A stretch of 64,000 nt of DNA. It comes from an uncultured Chloroflexia bacterium. Its GTDB lineage: Bacteria > Chloroflexota > Limnocylindria > Limnocylindrales > CSP1-4. How positions within the stretch are numbered: the stretch's first letter is position 1; every line of letters begins with the position of its first letter. A program made the position numbers and the translations under genes. Shown one piece after another: positions 47,448 through 57,099 of the stretch. Under the pieces are notes generated by a model, which was not told the origin of the DNA, ran no database searches, and was given only the letters and a program-made list of their open reading frames with translations. The stretch covers positions 195,644 to 259,643 of the forward strand of contig CAWKJP010000005.1 in assembly GCA_963850035.1 (NCBI GenBank), written 5' to 3'.

Positions 47448-48497
47448 TCACGGGGTGAGGTCGATCACTCCCTTCATCCCGGCTTCGTAGTGGCCGGGCT
47501 CGTGGCACGCGAACGCGTAGGGGCCGACTCCACCGAACGTGTACGTCATGTAGTCGACGTGGAGCGGCTCGATCTTGTCGGCCTCGACGACGATCTGCCC
47601 GTCGGCCTGGTCCAGCGCGACGCGGTCGGCGGGGCCCACCTGGAACTCGTGCGTCAGCGAGGAGCCGACGTTGGGGAGCACGAACAGGATCGTCTCGCCC
47701 GGCGTGACCGCGACCTCGCTCGGCACGAACTCGAGGTGGTCGTCCATGCGGATCACGACCATTCGAGGATGCGCGACGGTCCCGATCCACGGCGTCGTCG
47801 GGACGACGTTGACGAAGCCGAACATGCCGTTCTCGAAGTGGCCCGGCGCATGGCAGGCGTAGGCGTACGGTCCCGTCCCGGAGAACGTGTAGGTGAGGGT
47901 CTTCGTGGAGCCGGGCGTGATCCCGGCCACTTCCGGGGTGCTCGGGACGTCGTCGAAGACGTCCTTCATCGGCCCGACCTTGAACTCGTGCTCCGCCTTC
48001 CCGGTGTTCGAGATCTTGAAGGTGATGGTCTCGCCCTGCGCGACCGTCACGACGGTCGGGTCGAAGAGCAGGAGGTCCGTGACCGCGATGTCGATGATGC
48101 GCGGCTTCGCCTTCGTGCCCGCCACGAAGCCGGGCTCACCCGGGTCGGGCGGGCCGGGCGGACGCGGGGACGGGCTGGCCGAGAGAGCCGGCGACGGAGA
48201 CGGGGCCGCGCTGGCGCCCGGCGCCGGGGACGCGCTGGCGCCGGGGGCCGCGCTGGCGCCGGGAGCCGCGCTCGCGCCCGGGGCCGCGCTCGGGGAGGCG
48301 GCTGGCGGTGCCGATGCGGCGGAGGCAGAAGCGGAAGGGCCAGCGGAGGGAGGGGCCGAGCCGGAGACGCCGGCGACCTGGGCGCCCGCGGGCGGGAACG
48401 ACCAGCTCGGGGCGCCCGCGCTCGTGCAGGCCGCGAGCGCGACGGCGAGCGCGGCCGCACCGAATCGAAGACGCAGCGGCAGGACGCGACCCCCCAT
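47448..48497 (-). CDS. lipoprotein with two tandem cupredoxin (Cupredoxin_1-type, type-1 copper) domains
   Basis: It has a signal peptide and lipobox (LAVALAACTSAG) and a Pro/Ala/Ser-rich linker. Two repeats each contain HEF(K/Q)VG...YA(Y/F)ACH(A/E)PGH(F/Y)E(N/A)GM(F/K)G, which supplies His, Cys, His and Met copper ligands. Confidence 0.7.
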   Translation of the reverse strand: MGGRVLPLRLRFGAAALAVALAACTSAGAPSWSFPPAGAQVAGVSGSAPPSAGPSASASAASAPPAASPSAAPGASAAPGASAAPGASASPAPGASAAPSPSPALSASPSPRPPGPPDPGEPGFVAGTKAKPRIIDIAVTDLLLFDPTVVTVAQGETITFKISNTGKAEHEFKVGPMKDVFDDVPSTPEVAGITPGSTKTLTYTFSGTGPYAYACHAPGHFENGMFGFVNVVPTTPWIGTVAHPRMVVIRMDDHLEFVPSEVAVTPGETILFVLPNVGSSLTHEFQVGPADRVALDQADGQIVVEADKIEPLHVDYMTYTFGGVGPYAFACHEPGHYEAGMKGVIDLTP

Positions 48498-48938
48498 CGT
48501 GGCTCTCCTCCGGGTGCCGTATCGGCGTGGACGGGTTGATCATCTCCCCATCGTCAAGGTTCGATTCGTCGTCGATGGGTCGATGCGTCGGCGTGACGCT
48601 CGCGGGATATCACCCGTCCGAGCGCGACCGATCGGCCTCCAATGCTGGCACGCGACGTGGGACCCGTGATGACGACGCGTAATGACAGGGTCGGGCGCCG
48701 GACACACAATCCGTCCACTGCTCGGAACCGTGATGGTCCCCCGCGACGAATCGAATCCTCCCTCGAACCTGCCCCGGTGTCGCAGAATCTCCCTCCGACG
48801 CCGGGGCAGGCGCCTGTCCGGCAGCCGAACGCCGGCGCGGCCAACCCGGCGGGCGAGCGCGGCGGGACGAACCTGGCGGGACGAACCCGGGGGAGCGCGG
48901 GCCGGCTGGCCGCGGACGCACGATTCGCGGGTCGGGGC

Positions 48939-49604
48939 CTACCTCACCGGAGTGGCAGATCCCCGCAGGAGCCCCAGGGCCTCGAGGGCGCTGCGGAGCG
49001 GGGCCGGACCCGTGAACAGCAGCGCATGCATCCCCAGATCGGCGGCAACCGCGATGTTCTGGGGGGTGTCGTCGACGAAGACCGCGTCGCCCGGGTCCAG
49101 CCCGTACCGCTCGAACAGGATCCGGTAGAGGCGCGGGTCCGGCTTGGAGACGCGCTCCTGCCCGGAGAGGACGATCCCGTCGAAGAGGCCAAGGAACGGG
49201 AACCGCTCGCGGGCGACCGGGAACGTCTCCGCCGACCAGTTGCTGAGCGCGTAGAGCGGAACGGCCCGGGCATGGAGCTCGCCGAGGATCGCGACCGTGC
49301 CCTCGATCCCCTCGCCGAGCGTCTCCGGCCAGCGCTCGTGGAAGGCCAGGATGCGTTCTCGCTCCGACGGGAAGGCCTCCGCGAGCTGGGCCACGGCCTC
49401 GGCAAACGGCCGGCCCGCGTCCTGGCGTGCATTCCACTCGGGCGTGCAGACGGTGGTCAGGAACGCCTCCATGGCCTCTTCGTCGCCGCCGAACAGCTTC
49501 CGGTAGAGGTGCCGCGGATCCCAGTCGATCAGGACGCCGCCGAGGTCGAAGACGACCACGGAGCGCCGCCGGGCATCGCCGCCCTTCCCCGTCCCTCGAT
49601 CCAT
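48939..49604 (-). CDS. HAD-family hydrolase
   Basis: 221 aa starting at an internal ATG, with HAD motif I (VVFDLGGVLIDWD), motif II (LSNWS), and motifs III/IV (KPDP, VFVDDTPQN). Confidence 0.75.
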   Translation of the reverse strand: MDRGTGKGGDARRRSVVVFDLGGVLIDWDPRHLYRKLFGGDEEAMEAFLTTVCTPEWNARQDAGRPFAEAVAQLAEAFPSERERILAFHERWPETLGEGIEGTVAILGELHARAVPLYALSNWSAETFPVARERFPFLGLFDGIVLSGQERVSKPDPRLYRILFERYGLDPGDAVFVDDTPQNIAVAADLGMHALLFTGPAPLRSALEALGLLRGSATPVR

Positions 49605-49758
49605 GCCCCCATTGTGGCGGGATCGGGACCCAACGGTGTCGGGGCTGCCGTGCGTGTCGTGGAAGGGCGGCATCGTTGCCTGGCCGGGGTCGCAGCGCGG
49701 ATCGCGCCGGGATGCAGATGCCGGGCGAGATCGCCCCCGAGGTTCTACCCTGAGGGCG

Positions 49759-52440
49759 ATGTCCGGCCTCCGCCGTCCTTCGCATCGCCGCCCGGCGCAG
49801 CACCGTTCTTCGCAGCGCCGCTCGGCGCCGCGCCGCATGGCCGCCGTGCTGGTCGCCTGCCTCTGGCTGGGCGCGTCCACCCTCGCGGGAGGGGTCGCGC
49901 TCGGGGCCACCCCGGAGGCTGGCCCGTCTGTGGGATCCGCCGGCGTTGCGTGGGCGCACCTGCCGCCGGACGAGGTCCTGCGCGCGCCCCTCCGGCAGCT
50001 GGCGTCCGGCGGGCTCTCGACGGCCGATCGCCGGCAGCTTCTCGCGGACCTCGTGACCGACGGCGGGCCGGCAGATCCGTCGATCGCCGTCACGATCGAC
50101 CTGGACGGCCCGCTCACGGCCCCGACGCTCGATGCCCTGGCGGGTGCCGGCGCCAGGGTCGTGAATTGCGGCGCGCGAACCGTCGAGGCGTACGTCGCGA
50201 CCGACCGCCTTGCAGCACTCGCGGCGGTCGACGGGGTCCGCTCGATCCGCCCGATCCGGCGGCGCCCCGCGACCGGTGCCGTCAGCCCCGTCGCGACGCT
50301 CCATGGATCGGCCGCCTGGCAGGCCGCGGGCCTGACCGGGACGGGTGTGAAAGTCGGGATCATCGATGGCGGCTTCGCGGGAATCTCGGCGCTTCTCGGG
50401 ACCGACATACCGGCGACGATCCACGCGCATTGCTACACCGCCGTCGGGACCTTCACGTCGAGCCTTGCCGATTGCGCCAACGGCGAGACGCACGGGACGG
50501 CCGTCGCCGAGGCGGTCTACAACATGGCCCCAGGGATCGACCTGTACGTGGCGGACCCGATCTCCTCGCTCGACGAGCAGAAGGCCGTCACGTGGATGAC
50601 GGCCAACGGCGTCCGGATCATCAATGCGTTGTTCTTCTCCGGCCTGATCTTCGAGGGGCCGGGGGACGGGACGTCGCCCTACGGCGACTCCCTGTACGCG
50701 CTGGTCGACCAGGCGGTCACAGCGGGCGCGTTCTGGGTGAACGCGGCCGGCAACGCCGGCGATTCCGGGTGGACGGGACCCTGGAATGACCCCGACAACG
50801 ATGGGCTGCTCGACTTCACCCCCGGGGTCAACGCGGATAGCATGACCCTGGCGGCCGGCGCGGACGTCACCGTGGCGATCCGGTGGGCCGACCCGTGGGG
50901 CGCGTCGTCGAACAACTACGACCTCGAGCTCTACTCGGGGTCGATCCTGGTCGCCTCGTCCACGGACGTCCAGGCCGGTGCCGGCGATCCGTTCGAGGTC
51001 GTCGACTACCGGGCAACGCGCGCGGGTACCTACAGCATCAGGATCCGGCTCGTGTCGGGTGCGGCGACGTCCCGCATGCAGCTCCTCGTGGGCACGAGCG
51101 AGGATGTCAGGCTCACGCAACAGGTCGCCGAGGGCACCCTGCCGACGCCGGCCGACAGCGCAAACCCCGGCATGCTCGCCGTGGGCGCGGTGAAGCTCGA
51201 CCAGCCGACCGTCATCGAGCCCTACAGCTCGCGCGGCCCGACGCTCGACGGGCGGACGAAGCCCGACCTCGTCGCCGCCGACTGCGCCCCGACGGTCACG
51301 GACAACCCGTTCTGCGGCACGAGCGAGGCGGCGCCGTTCGTGACCGGCGCGGCGGCCCAGGTCCTGCAGGCCCGCCCGGCGCTGACCCCGGCCCAGCTGG
51401 CCGACTGGCTCCGTTCCCACGCGTTCCCGCTGGGGAGCCCCGTCCCGAACTCCACGTTCGGGGCGGGACGGCTCGACCTCGGGCCGCTGCCGTTCCCGCC
51501 CGTCGCGTCGCTCGCGTTCGCGGTGCCGCCCACCGGCGCCGTCGCCGGCGCACCGCTGACCGGTCAGCCGGCCGTGATGCTCGAGGACGCCACCGGGCTC
51601 GTCGTCGGGTCGGGTCCGGGCAGCGCCGCCGGCGTGTCCATCTCGCTCGCGACGAACCCAAACGGTGCCACGCTCACCTGCCCCGGCGGCCTGACTCGCG
51701 ACGCCGTCGCCGGCGTGGCGTCCTTCGACGGGTGCGCGATCGATCGCCCCGGGACCGGCTACGTGATCCGGGCGGATTCGGCCGGGCTGCCGCCGGCCTC
51801 GTCGGCACCCTTCGAGATCCTCGATCCCGGCTCCGCGCTCCCGCTGACGCTGGCCGCGCGGCAGGGCCTGATCACGGTGGGCGGGACCGCTGCGCTCAGC
51901 GCCAGCTTCACGCCGGCTCCGGCCACGTCCGGCCAGCGGCTCGCGGTGGAGCAGTCCGTGGACGGAATCCACTGGACCTCGACGGGGAGCCTGGCCACGG
52001 ACGCGACCGGTGGGCTGCTCGTGAGCGAGGCGCCGACGGTGACGAGCTGGTTCCGCGTCCGCTTCGAAGGCGGCGCGGGCGTCCCGGCCGCGACGAGCTA
52101 CCCCGTGCGGGTGGTGGTCCGCCAGACGGTCGCGCTCGGCACGTCGCTCCACCCGCCGCGGACGATCGCGCGCGGGACGACCGTCACCTTCACCTCGATC
52201 GTCCGGCCGGCCGGTGCCGGGCTTCCGCGCCCGACGGTGAGCTACGTCGTCTACCGCCGCGTCGGGGCCGCCTGGGTCCTCTATCGCCGAATCACCGTGG
52301 TCGGCGATGCGACGGGGAAGGCCCGGCTGGCCTGGCGGTTCAGCCTCCCCGGGTCGTGGTACGTGCGCTCGACGGCCCTTGCCACGACATCGAACGCCCA
52401 GAGCACCTGGAGCCTGGTCGCCCGCTACGACGTGCGATAG
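49759..52440 (+). CDS. secreted S8-family (subtilisin-like) serine peptidase with C-terminal Ig-like extensions
   Basis: An ATG preceded by GAGGG. It has an Arg-rich n-region and a signal peptide (..RRMAAVLVACLWLGASTLAGG) and the catalytic triad blocks Asp (VGIIDGGF), His (HGTAVAE) and Ser (GTSEAAPFVTGAAA). Confidence 0.85.
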   Translation: MSGLRRPSHRRPAQHRSSQRRSAPRRMAAVLVACLWLGASTLAGGVALGATPEAGPSVGSAGVAWAHLPPDEVLRAPLRQLASGGLSTADRRQLLADLVTDGGPADPSIAVTIDLDGPLTAPTLDALAGAGARVVNCGARTVEAYVATDRLAALAAVDGVRSIRPIRRRPATGAVSPVATLHGSAAWQAAGLTGTGVKVGIIDGGFAGISALLGTDIPATIHAHCYTAVGTFTSSLADCANGETHGTAVAEAVYNMAPGIDLYVADPISSLDEQKAVTWMTANGVRIINALFFSGLIFEGPGDGTSPYGDSLYALVDQAVTAGAFWVNAAGNAGDSGWTGPWNDPDNDGLLDFTPGVNADSMTLAAGADVTVAIRWADPWGASSNNYDLELYSGSILVASSTDVQAGAGDPFEVVDYRATRAGTYSIRIRLVSGAATSRMQLLVGTSEDVRLTQQVAEGTLPTPADSANPGMLAVGAVKLDQPTVIEPYSSRGPTLDGRTKPDLVAADCAPTVTDNPFCGTSEAAPFVTGAAAQVLQARPALTPAQLADWLRSHAFPLGSPVPNSTFGAGRLDLGPLPFPPVASLAFAVPPTGAVAGAPLTGQPAVMLEDATGLVVGSGPGSAAGVSISLATNPNGATLTCPGGLTRDAVAGVASFDGCAIDRPGTGYVIRADSAGLPPASSAPFEILDPGSALPLTLAARQGLITVGGTAALSASFTPAPATSGQRLAVEQSVDGIHWTSTGSLATDATGGLLVSEAPTVTSWFRVRFEGGAGVPAATSYPVRVVVRQTVALGTSLHPPRTIARGTTVTFTSIVRPAGAGLPRPTVSYVVYRRVGAAWVLYRRITVVGDATGKARLAWRFSLPGSWYVRSTALATTSNAQSTWSLVARYDVR

Positions 52441-52484
52441 GCCGGGACCGCGCACAGGGCAACCCCGGCGCTATCCTCGACGCC

Positions 52485-53513
52485 ATGACCGATCGACGTC
52501 GCGCCCGGTGGATGCGCAACGCGGAGGCCGCTCCCCTGCTGGACAGCTTCTTCGTCGCCGCGGTCGTCTCGTTCCTCGGGATCCGCGCCTTCCTCGCTGC
52601 AACCGGCTACCCGCGCCTGGGCGGGAACGGGATCCACATCGCGCACATGCTCTGGGGCGGCCTCCTGATGCTCGTCGCGCTGATTCTCCTGCTGGCCTAC
52701 CTCGACCGGTCGGTCCAGCACGTCGCGGCGATCGTCGCGGGCCTGGGCTTCGGGACGTTCGTGGACGAGATCGGCAAGTTCCTGACGGCCGACAACAACT
52801 ACTTCTTCCGGCCCGCCGTGGCCATCATCTACGTGACCTTCGTGGCGTTGTTCCTCGTCGGGCGCGCGCTGATCGGCCGCCGCGAGCTTCGCCCGAACGA
52901 GGCGATCGCGAACGCGCTGGCGCTGCTGGCAGGCACGCTCGACCGGCCGATCGAACCCGACGACCGGGCGCGCCTTCGCCGGTTCCTCCGCCGGGCCGAC
53001 CAGGAGTCGGAGCTGACCGTGCTCGTGCGGCAGTATGTCGCCGGGCTACCGCGGACCAGGGAGCGCGAGTCGCCGCTGGAACGGTTGCGCGGCCTGCTCG
53101 ACGGCGCCTACCGATCCCTCATGGCGCACAACTGGGCCGAGACGGCGCTCATCGTCGGCGTGATCGCCTATACCATGTTTGCCGTCGCCGGCGTGCTCCT
53201 CGTCGCGACGGCGGCACCGGCGCCGGGCACCGCGGAGAGCTCTGCCGTCGCGAGCGTGGCCCAGCTGGTCTCGACGATCGCCGGCGCCGTCCTTGTCGGG
53301 CGGGGGATCCTGCTCCTCCGCGCGTCGCATGCGGACGCGTACCGGTGGTTCATGCGGGGGCTCCTGGTGTGGATCCTCGTCACCCAGGTGTTTGTCTTCT
53401 ACAGCTCCCAGCTTGCCGGCCTCAGCGGGCTCGCCGTCGACCTCGTGGCCTACGGGAGCCTGCGGTTTGCGCTCGCCCGCGAGCTCGCGGACGCGGCCGA
53501 ACGGTCCGACTGA
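52485..53513 (+). CDS. hypothetical integral membrane protein
   Basis: The 342-aa C-terminal part of the long ORF 50883..53513, from an internal ATG (MTDRRRARWMRNAEAAPLLDSFFVAAVVSFLGIRAFL...). It has multiple TM helices. Confidence 0.5.
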   Translation: MTDRRRARWMRNAEAAPLLDSFFVAAVVSFLGIRAFLAATGYPRLGGNGIHIAHMLWGGLLMLVALILLLAYLDRSVQHVAAIVAGLGFGTFVDEIGKFLTADNNYFFRPAVAIIYVTFVALFLVGRALIGRRELRPNEAIANALALLAGTLDRPIEPDDRARLRRFLRRADQESELTVLVRQYVAGLPRTRERESPLERLRGLLDGAYRSLMAHNWAETALIVGVIAYTMFAVAGVLLVATAAPAPGTAESSAVASVAQLVSTIAGAVLVGRGILLLRASHADAYRWFMRGLLVWILVTQVFVFYSSQLAGLSGLAVDLVAYGSLRFALARELADAAERSD

Positions 53514-53552
53514 TCCTCGGGGCTGCGCCGCAGGGCGTCCCGCGGCGGGCGA

Positions 53553-53957
53553 TCAGCGGGCAGGCAGTCCCGGGCGGGCGGGGCGACCCATCACGAGCAC
53601 GGCGGCGCCGATGAGGATCACGGCGTCGATCACCAGGCCGAGCGAGGCGTCCGGGAGCCCGGCGGCGCAGATCACGGCCGAGACCGCGGCCGCGACGAGG
53701 GCCCCGCGGAGCGCCCATGCCGTGTTCCGCCAGAGGCCCCACGCGGCGACGAGGAACACGGCCACGCCGATGAGCCACGCGATCCCGACGACGCGAGCTC
53801 CCCCGTCGCCGATCTCCACCGCCCCGTTGAACGCGGTGGTCCGGTAGGCGAGCTGCTGGAGGGTCGCCAGCTGCCAGGCGGCCACGAACCCCAGCAGGTG
53901 GATCAGGCCGTGCAACGCGAAGAGGACGGCCGCCGCGCGGCGCAGCATCACGTTCAT
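53553..53957 (-). CDS. small hypothetical membrane protein
   Basis: 134 aa with about 4 hydrophobic helices (MNVMLRRAAAVLFALHGLIHLLGFVAAW...). Confidence 0.4.
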   Translation of the reverse strand: MNVMLRRAAAVLFALHGLIHLLGFVAAWQLATLQQLAYRTTAFNGAVEIGDGGARVVGIAWLIGVAVFLVAAWGLWRNTAWALRGALVAAAVSAVICAAGLPDASLGLVIDAVILIGAAVLVMGRPARPGLPAR

Positions 53958-54017
53958 CGAATGCGCCTCACTCTCTCCGGCGCGACGCCGGCAACGTGCC
54001 CGGCTGCGTCGCCCGCG

Positions 54018-54527
54018 TCACGCTCCGGCGGTCGCCGCGCCTGCCTTGAGCGCCGCCGCGATCCCGCGGGTCCACTCGCGGACGTCGGCCCACGGTCGGA
54101 AGTCGCCTTCGGGTGCACGGACCGCCTTGAGGAGCACCTTCTCGCCGAGGCCGAGCACGGCCTTGTCCACCTTGCCGGCGAAGACGCGGTGCTCGCGGGC
54201 GTGCGTCGCCTCGATGATCTCGGCGATGTCCGAGGGGTCCTCCTCGGGCTTCGGCGGCTCACCGACCGGGCCGCTGGAGAACAGCCAGACCGGCAGCGAC
54301 ACGAGGGCCGCGGAATTGCGCTCGACGAGGCTCTTCGCCGCGTCCATCCAGTGTCCCACGTAGATGCCGCTCCCCAGGACCGCCCCCGCATAGCCGTCGA
54401 GTGACGTCACGGCGTCGGGCGGCAGGACGACAGCCTCGAGGCCCTCCTCCGTGAGCGTCTCGCCGATCGCCCGGGCGATGTCGGCGGTCGCGCCGTGCCT
54501 GGAGGCGGCGCTGACAAGGACCTTCAT
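54018..54527 (-). CDS. flavodoxin-family protein
   Basis: 169 aa (MKVLVSAASRHGATADIARAIGETL...), with GAGGGA upstream of the ATG. It has a flavodoxin-like fold composition. Confidence 0.65.
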   Translation of the reverse strand: MKVLVSAASRHGATADIARAIGETLTEEGLEAVVLPPDAVTSLDGYAGAVLGSGIYVGHWMDAAKSLVERNSAALVSLPVWLFSSGPVGEPPKPEEDPSDIAEIIEATHAREHRVFAGKVDKAVLGLGEKVLLKAVRAPEGDFRPWADVREWTRGIAAALKAGAATAGA

Positions 54528-54718
54528 GGTTCGTCCCTCGCTGGTTCCGTCCGGACCGCGCGAAACGAGCGCCCCGGGATCGCGTACACGGGTGCACGTG
54601 CACCTGTACCCCTGCACCGTACGGGCCGCGGTTCCGCGCGGCGGAGGGCCGAACGTCCCGAAGAGGCGGTCGGTCGGGAGGGCCGGACGGCGGTCCCTCC
54701 CGACTCCGGGCGGCGCGC

Positions 54719-56062
54719 TCAGGCGGCCGCGACGGGCTTCACCGCGGGATCCGGTACCACGACCCCGGCGCTGCGGGGGCTCAGGATCTGGTACAGGATG
54801 ATCGCCGTGAGCGTGGCGGTGCCGATCCCGCCCATCTCGAAGTCGCCGATCTTCACCGTGAAGTTGCCCGCGCCCATGGTGAGCGCCGCGGCCACCGTGA
54901 TCAGGTTGCGGCTGTTGCTGAAGTCGACCCTGTTCTCGCCCCAGATCCGCGCGCCGGTCGCCGCGATCAGGCCGAACAGCACGATCGCCAGGCCGCCCAG
55001 GACCGCCCACGGGATCGTCCCGATCAGGGCGCCGAACTTCGGCGAGAAGCCGAGCGCGATCGCCACGATCGCCGCGATCACGAAGATGAGGGTCGAGTAG
55101 ATCTTCGTGACGGCCATCACGCCGATGTTCTCGGCGTAGGTCGTGACGCCGGTCCCGCCGCCGAAGCCCGCGACCATCGTCGCGATGCCGTCACCCAGGA
55201 AAGCCCGCCCCAGGTACGGGTCGAGGTTCCGGCCGGTCATGGCGCCGACCGCCTTGACGTGACCGAGGTTCTCCGCGACCAGGACGAGGGCGACCGGCGC
55301 GATCAGGGTGATCGCGTTGATCGAGAATGACGGCGCGGTGAAGTTCGGCATCCCGATCCAGGCGGCGTCGCCCAGCTTGGCGAAGTCGATCGCGGGGCCC
55401 ATGCCGAGGCCGTTCGCGAGCACGAGGTACAGCACGTAGCCGATCACGCCGCCGAGGAGGATCGGCAGCCGGCGCAGGATTCCCGGCGCGTAGACCGCCA
55501 CGGCGGCCACGCTGAGGATGGTGAGGAGGCCGACGATCTGGTTGAACGACGTGGTCGCGGCATCCTTGCCGGCGAGATCGCTCACCGCGACCGGGGCGAG
55601 GTTGAGGCCGATGACCGCGACGACCGCGCCCGTCACGACGGGCGGCATGAGCCTCTCGATCCAGCGATACCCGACGGCCATCACCACGAGGCCGACGAGG
55701 GCGTAGAGCGCCCCGGCCGCGATGATGCCGCCGAGCGCGACGCCGATGTTCGGCGTCCCGCCGGCGAACCCGCTCGCGGCGTTGACGACGGCGATGAAGG
55801 CGAAGCTGGAGCCGAGGTAGCTCGGGACGCGCCCACCGACGACCACGAAGAAGATGAGCGTCCCGATGCCCGAGAACAGGATCGCCGTGTTCGGGTCGAA
55901 TCCCATGAGGATCGGGCCGAGGACCGTCGCGCCGAACATCGCGAAGATGTGCTGGAGTCCCACCGCCATCGTCTGCCCCCACGGCAGCCGCTCGTCCGGG
56001 GCGATGATCCCCTCGCGCTTCAGGGTCCAGTGGAAGGGGCGGCTGCGTGCGCCGGCATCCAT
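54719..56062 (-). CDS. uracil/xanthine permease (NCS2 family)
   Basis: 447 aa with NCS2 signatures (GLQHIFAMFGATVLGP ... TYAENIGVMAVTKIYS) and about 12 TM helices. Confidence 0.8.
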   Translation of the reverse strand: MDAGARSRPFHWTLKREGIIAPDERLPWGQTMAVGLQHIFAMFGATVLGPILMGFDPNTAILFSGIGTLIFFVVVGGRVPSYLGSSFAFIAVVNAASGFAGGTPNIGVALGGIIAAGALYALVGLVVMAVGYRWIERLMPPVVTGAVVAVIGLNLAPVAVSDLAGKDAATTSFNQIVGLLTILSVAAVAVYAPGILRRLPILLGGVIGYVLYLVLANGLGMGPAIDFAKLGDAAWIGMPNFTAPSFSINAITLIAPVALVLVAENLGHVKAVGAMTGRNLDPYLGRAFLGDGIATMVAGFGGGTGVTTYAENIGVMAVTKIYSTLIFVIAAIVAIALGFSPKFGALIGTIPWAVLGGLAIVLFGLIAATGARIWGENRVDFSNSRNLITVAAALTMGAGNFTVKIGDFEMGGIGTATLTAIILYQILSPRSAGVVVPDPAVKPVAAA

Positions 56063-56202
56063 GCGCTTCCTCCAGGGCAGGGCAACCCAGGGCTCCGCTC
56101 AGCGGGCCGATCGGGTCTGTGGGGTTGGGACGCGCCGATGTCCAGAGTCGCATGTCGCGGGCCGTTCTGCGCGGCGATCCTGCAGCCGCGGACGGGCGCC
56201 CT

Positions 56203-57081
56203 ATGCTTCCGCCCATGGTCCTGCTCGAGATCCAGAATGCCGGCGATCTGGTGACGCCGATCGTCATCGCCGCCCTCGACGGGTGGGTGGACGCCGGCGG
56301 GGCAGCCACGGCCGCAGCCGGCCAGGTCGCCGCCGGCGGCACGCGCGTGGCGACCTTCGACGACGACCGGCTCTATGACTACCGCGCACGCCGACCCACG
56401 CTGGACATCGTGGACGGGCGTCCCGCGACGCTCGAATGGCCCGAGCTGACGCTCCGCCGGACGAGGATCGGGGAGCAGGACGTCCTGGTCCTCACGGGGC
56501 CCGAGCCGGACTTCCGCTGGCGCGAGCTTTCCGCGTCGGCGGTCGAGCTCGCCAAGCGCCTGGGCGTGACGGAGTGGATCAGCCTCGGCGCAATCCCGGC
56601 GGCCGTGCCCCACACCCGCGACGTTCCCATCCTGGGAACGGAATCCGCGCCGGGCCTCCTGCGCGCGAACGTCACTCCCGGCCCCGACGGAATCCTGCGC
56701 GTCCCGGCGGCGGCGATCTCCGTCCTCGACGTCGCGATCGCGCGGGCCGGGATCCCGGCCGTCGGCTACTTTGCGCAGGTCCCGCACTACGTCACCGGCG
56801 CGTACGTGCCCGCCGCGCTGGAGCTGCTCCGCGTGCTCAGCCGGCACCTGGGCCGCGAGGTGGCACCCGGCGCGCTCCGGGACGAGGCACGCCTGGTGCT
56901 GGAGCGCCTGGACGTGGCGACGGCCGCCGACGAGGGAACCCGCGCCTACGTGGAGCGGCTGGAGGCGACGGTCGACGAGGCGCGCCGCCCATCCGGCGAC
57001 GACCTCATCTCCGAGATCGAGCAGTTCCTGCGCGAGAGCGGCCCGGACGGCGGGCGAGATGGGGGCGGCCGGAGCGCTTGA
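56203..57081 (+). CDS. PAC2-family (proteasome-assembly-chaperone-like) protein
   Basis: An internal ATG (MLPPMVLLEIQNAGDLVTPIVIAALDGWVDAGGAAT...). I call it a PAC2/DUF75-like family by pattern recall. Confidence 0.55.
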   Translation: MLPPMVLLEIQNAGDLVTPIVIAALDGWVDAGGAATAAAGQVAAGGTRVATFDDDRLYDYRARRPTLDIVDGRPATLEWPELTLRRTRIGEQDVLVLTGPEPDFRWRELSASAVELAKRLGVTEWISLGAIPAAVPHTRDVPILGTESAPGLLRANVTPGPDGILRVPAAAISVLDVAIARAGIPAVGYFAQVPHYVTGAYVPAALELLRVLSRHLGREVAPGALRDEARLVLERLDVATAADEGTRAYVERLEATVDEARRPSGDDLISEIEQFLRESGPDGGRDGGGRSA

Positions 57082-57099
57082 GCCCCCTCCGGGGGCGCT

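Noticed and set aside
48610-52455. 1281-aa ORF on the minus strand
   Set aside because: It is antisense to the S8 peptidase and HAD genes, which carry clear catalytic motifs, and is low-complexity RG/RP-rich.
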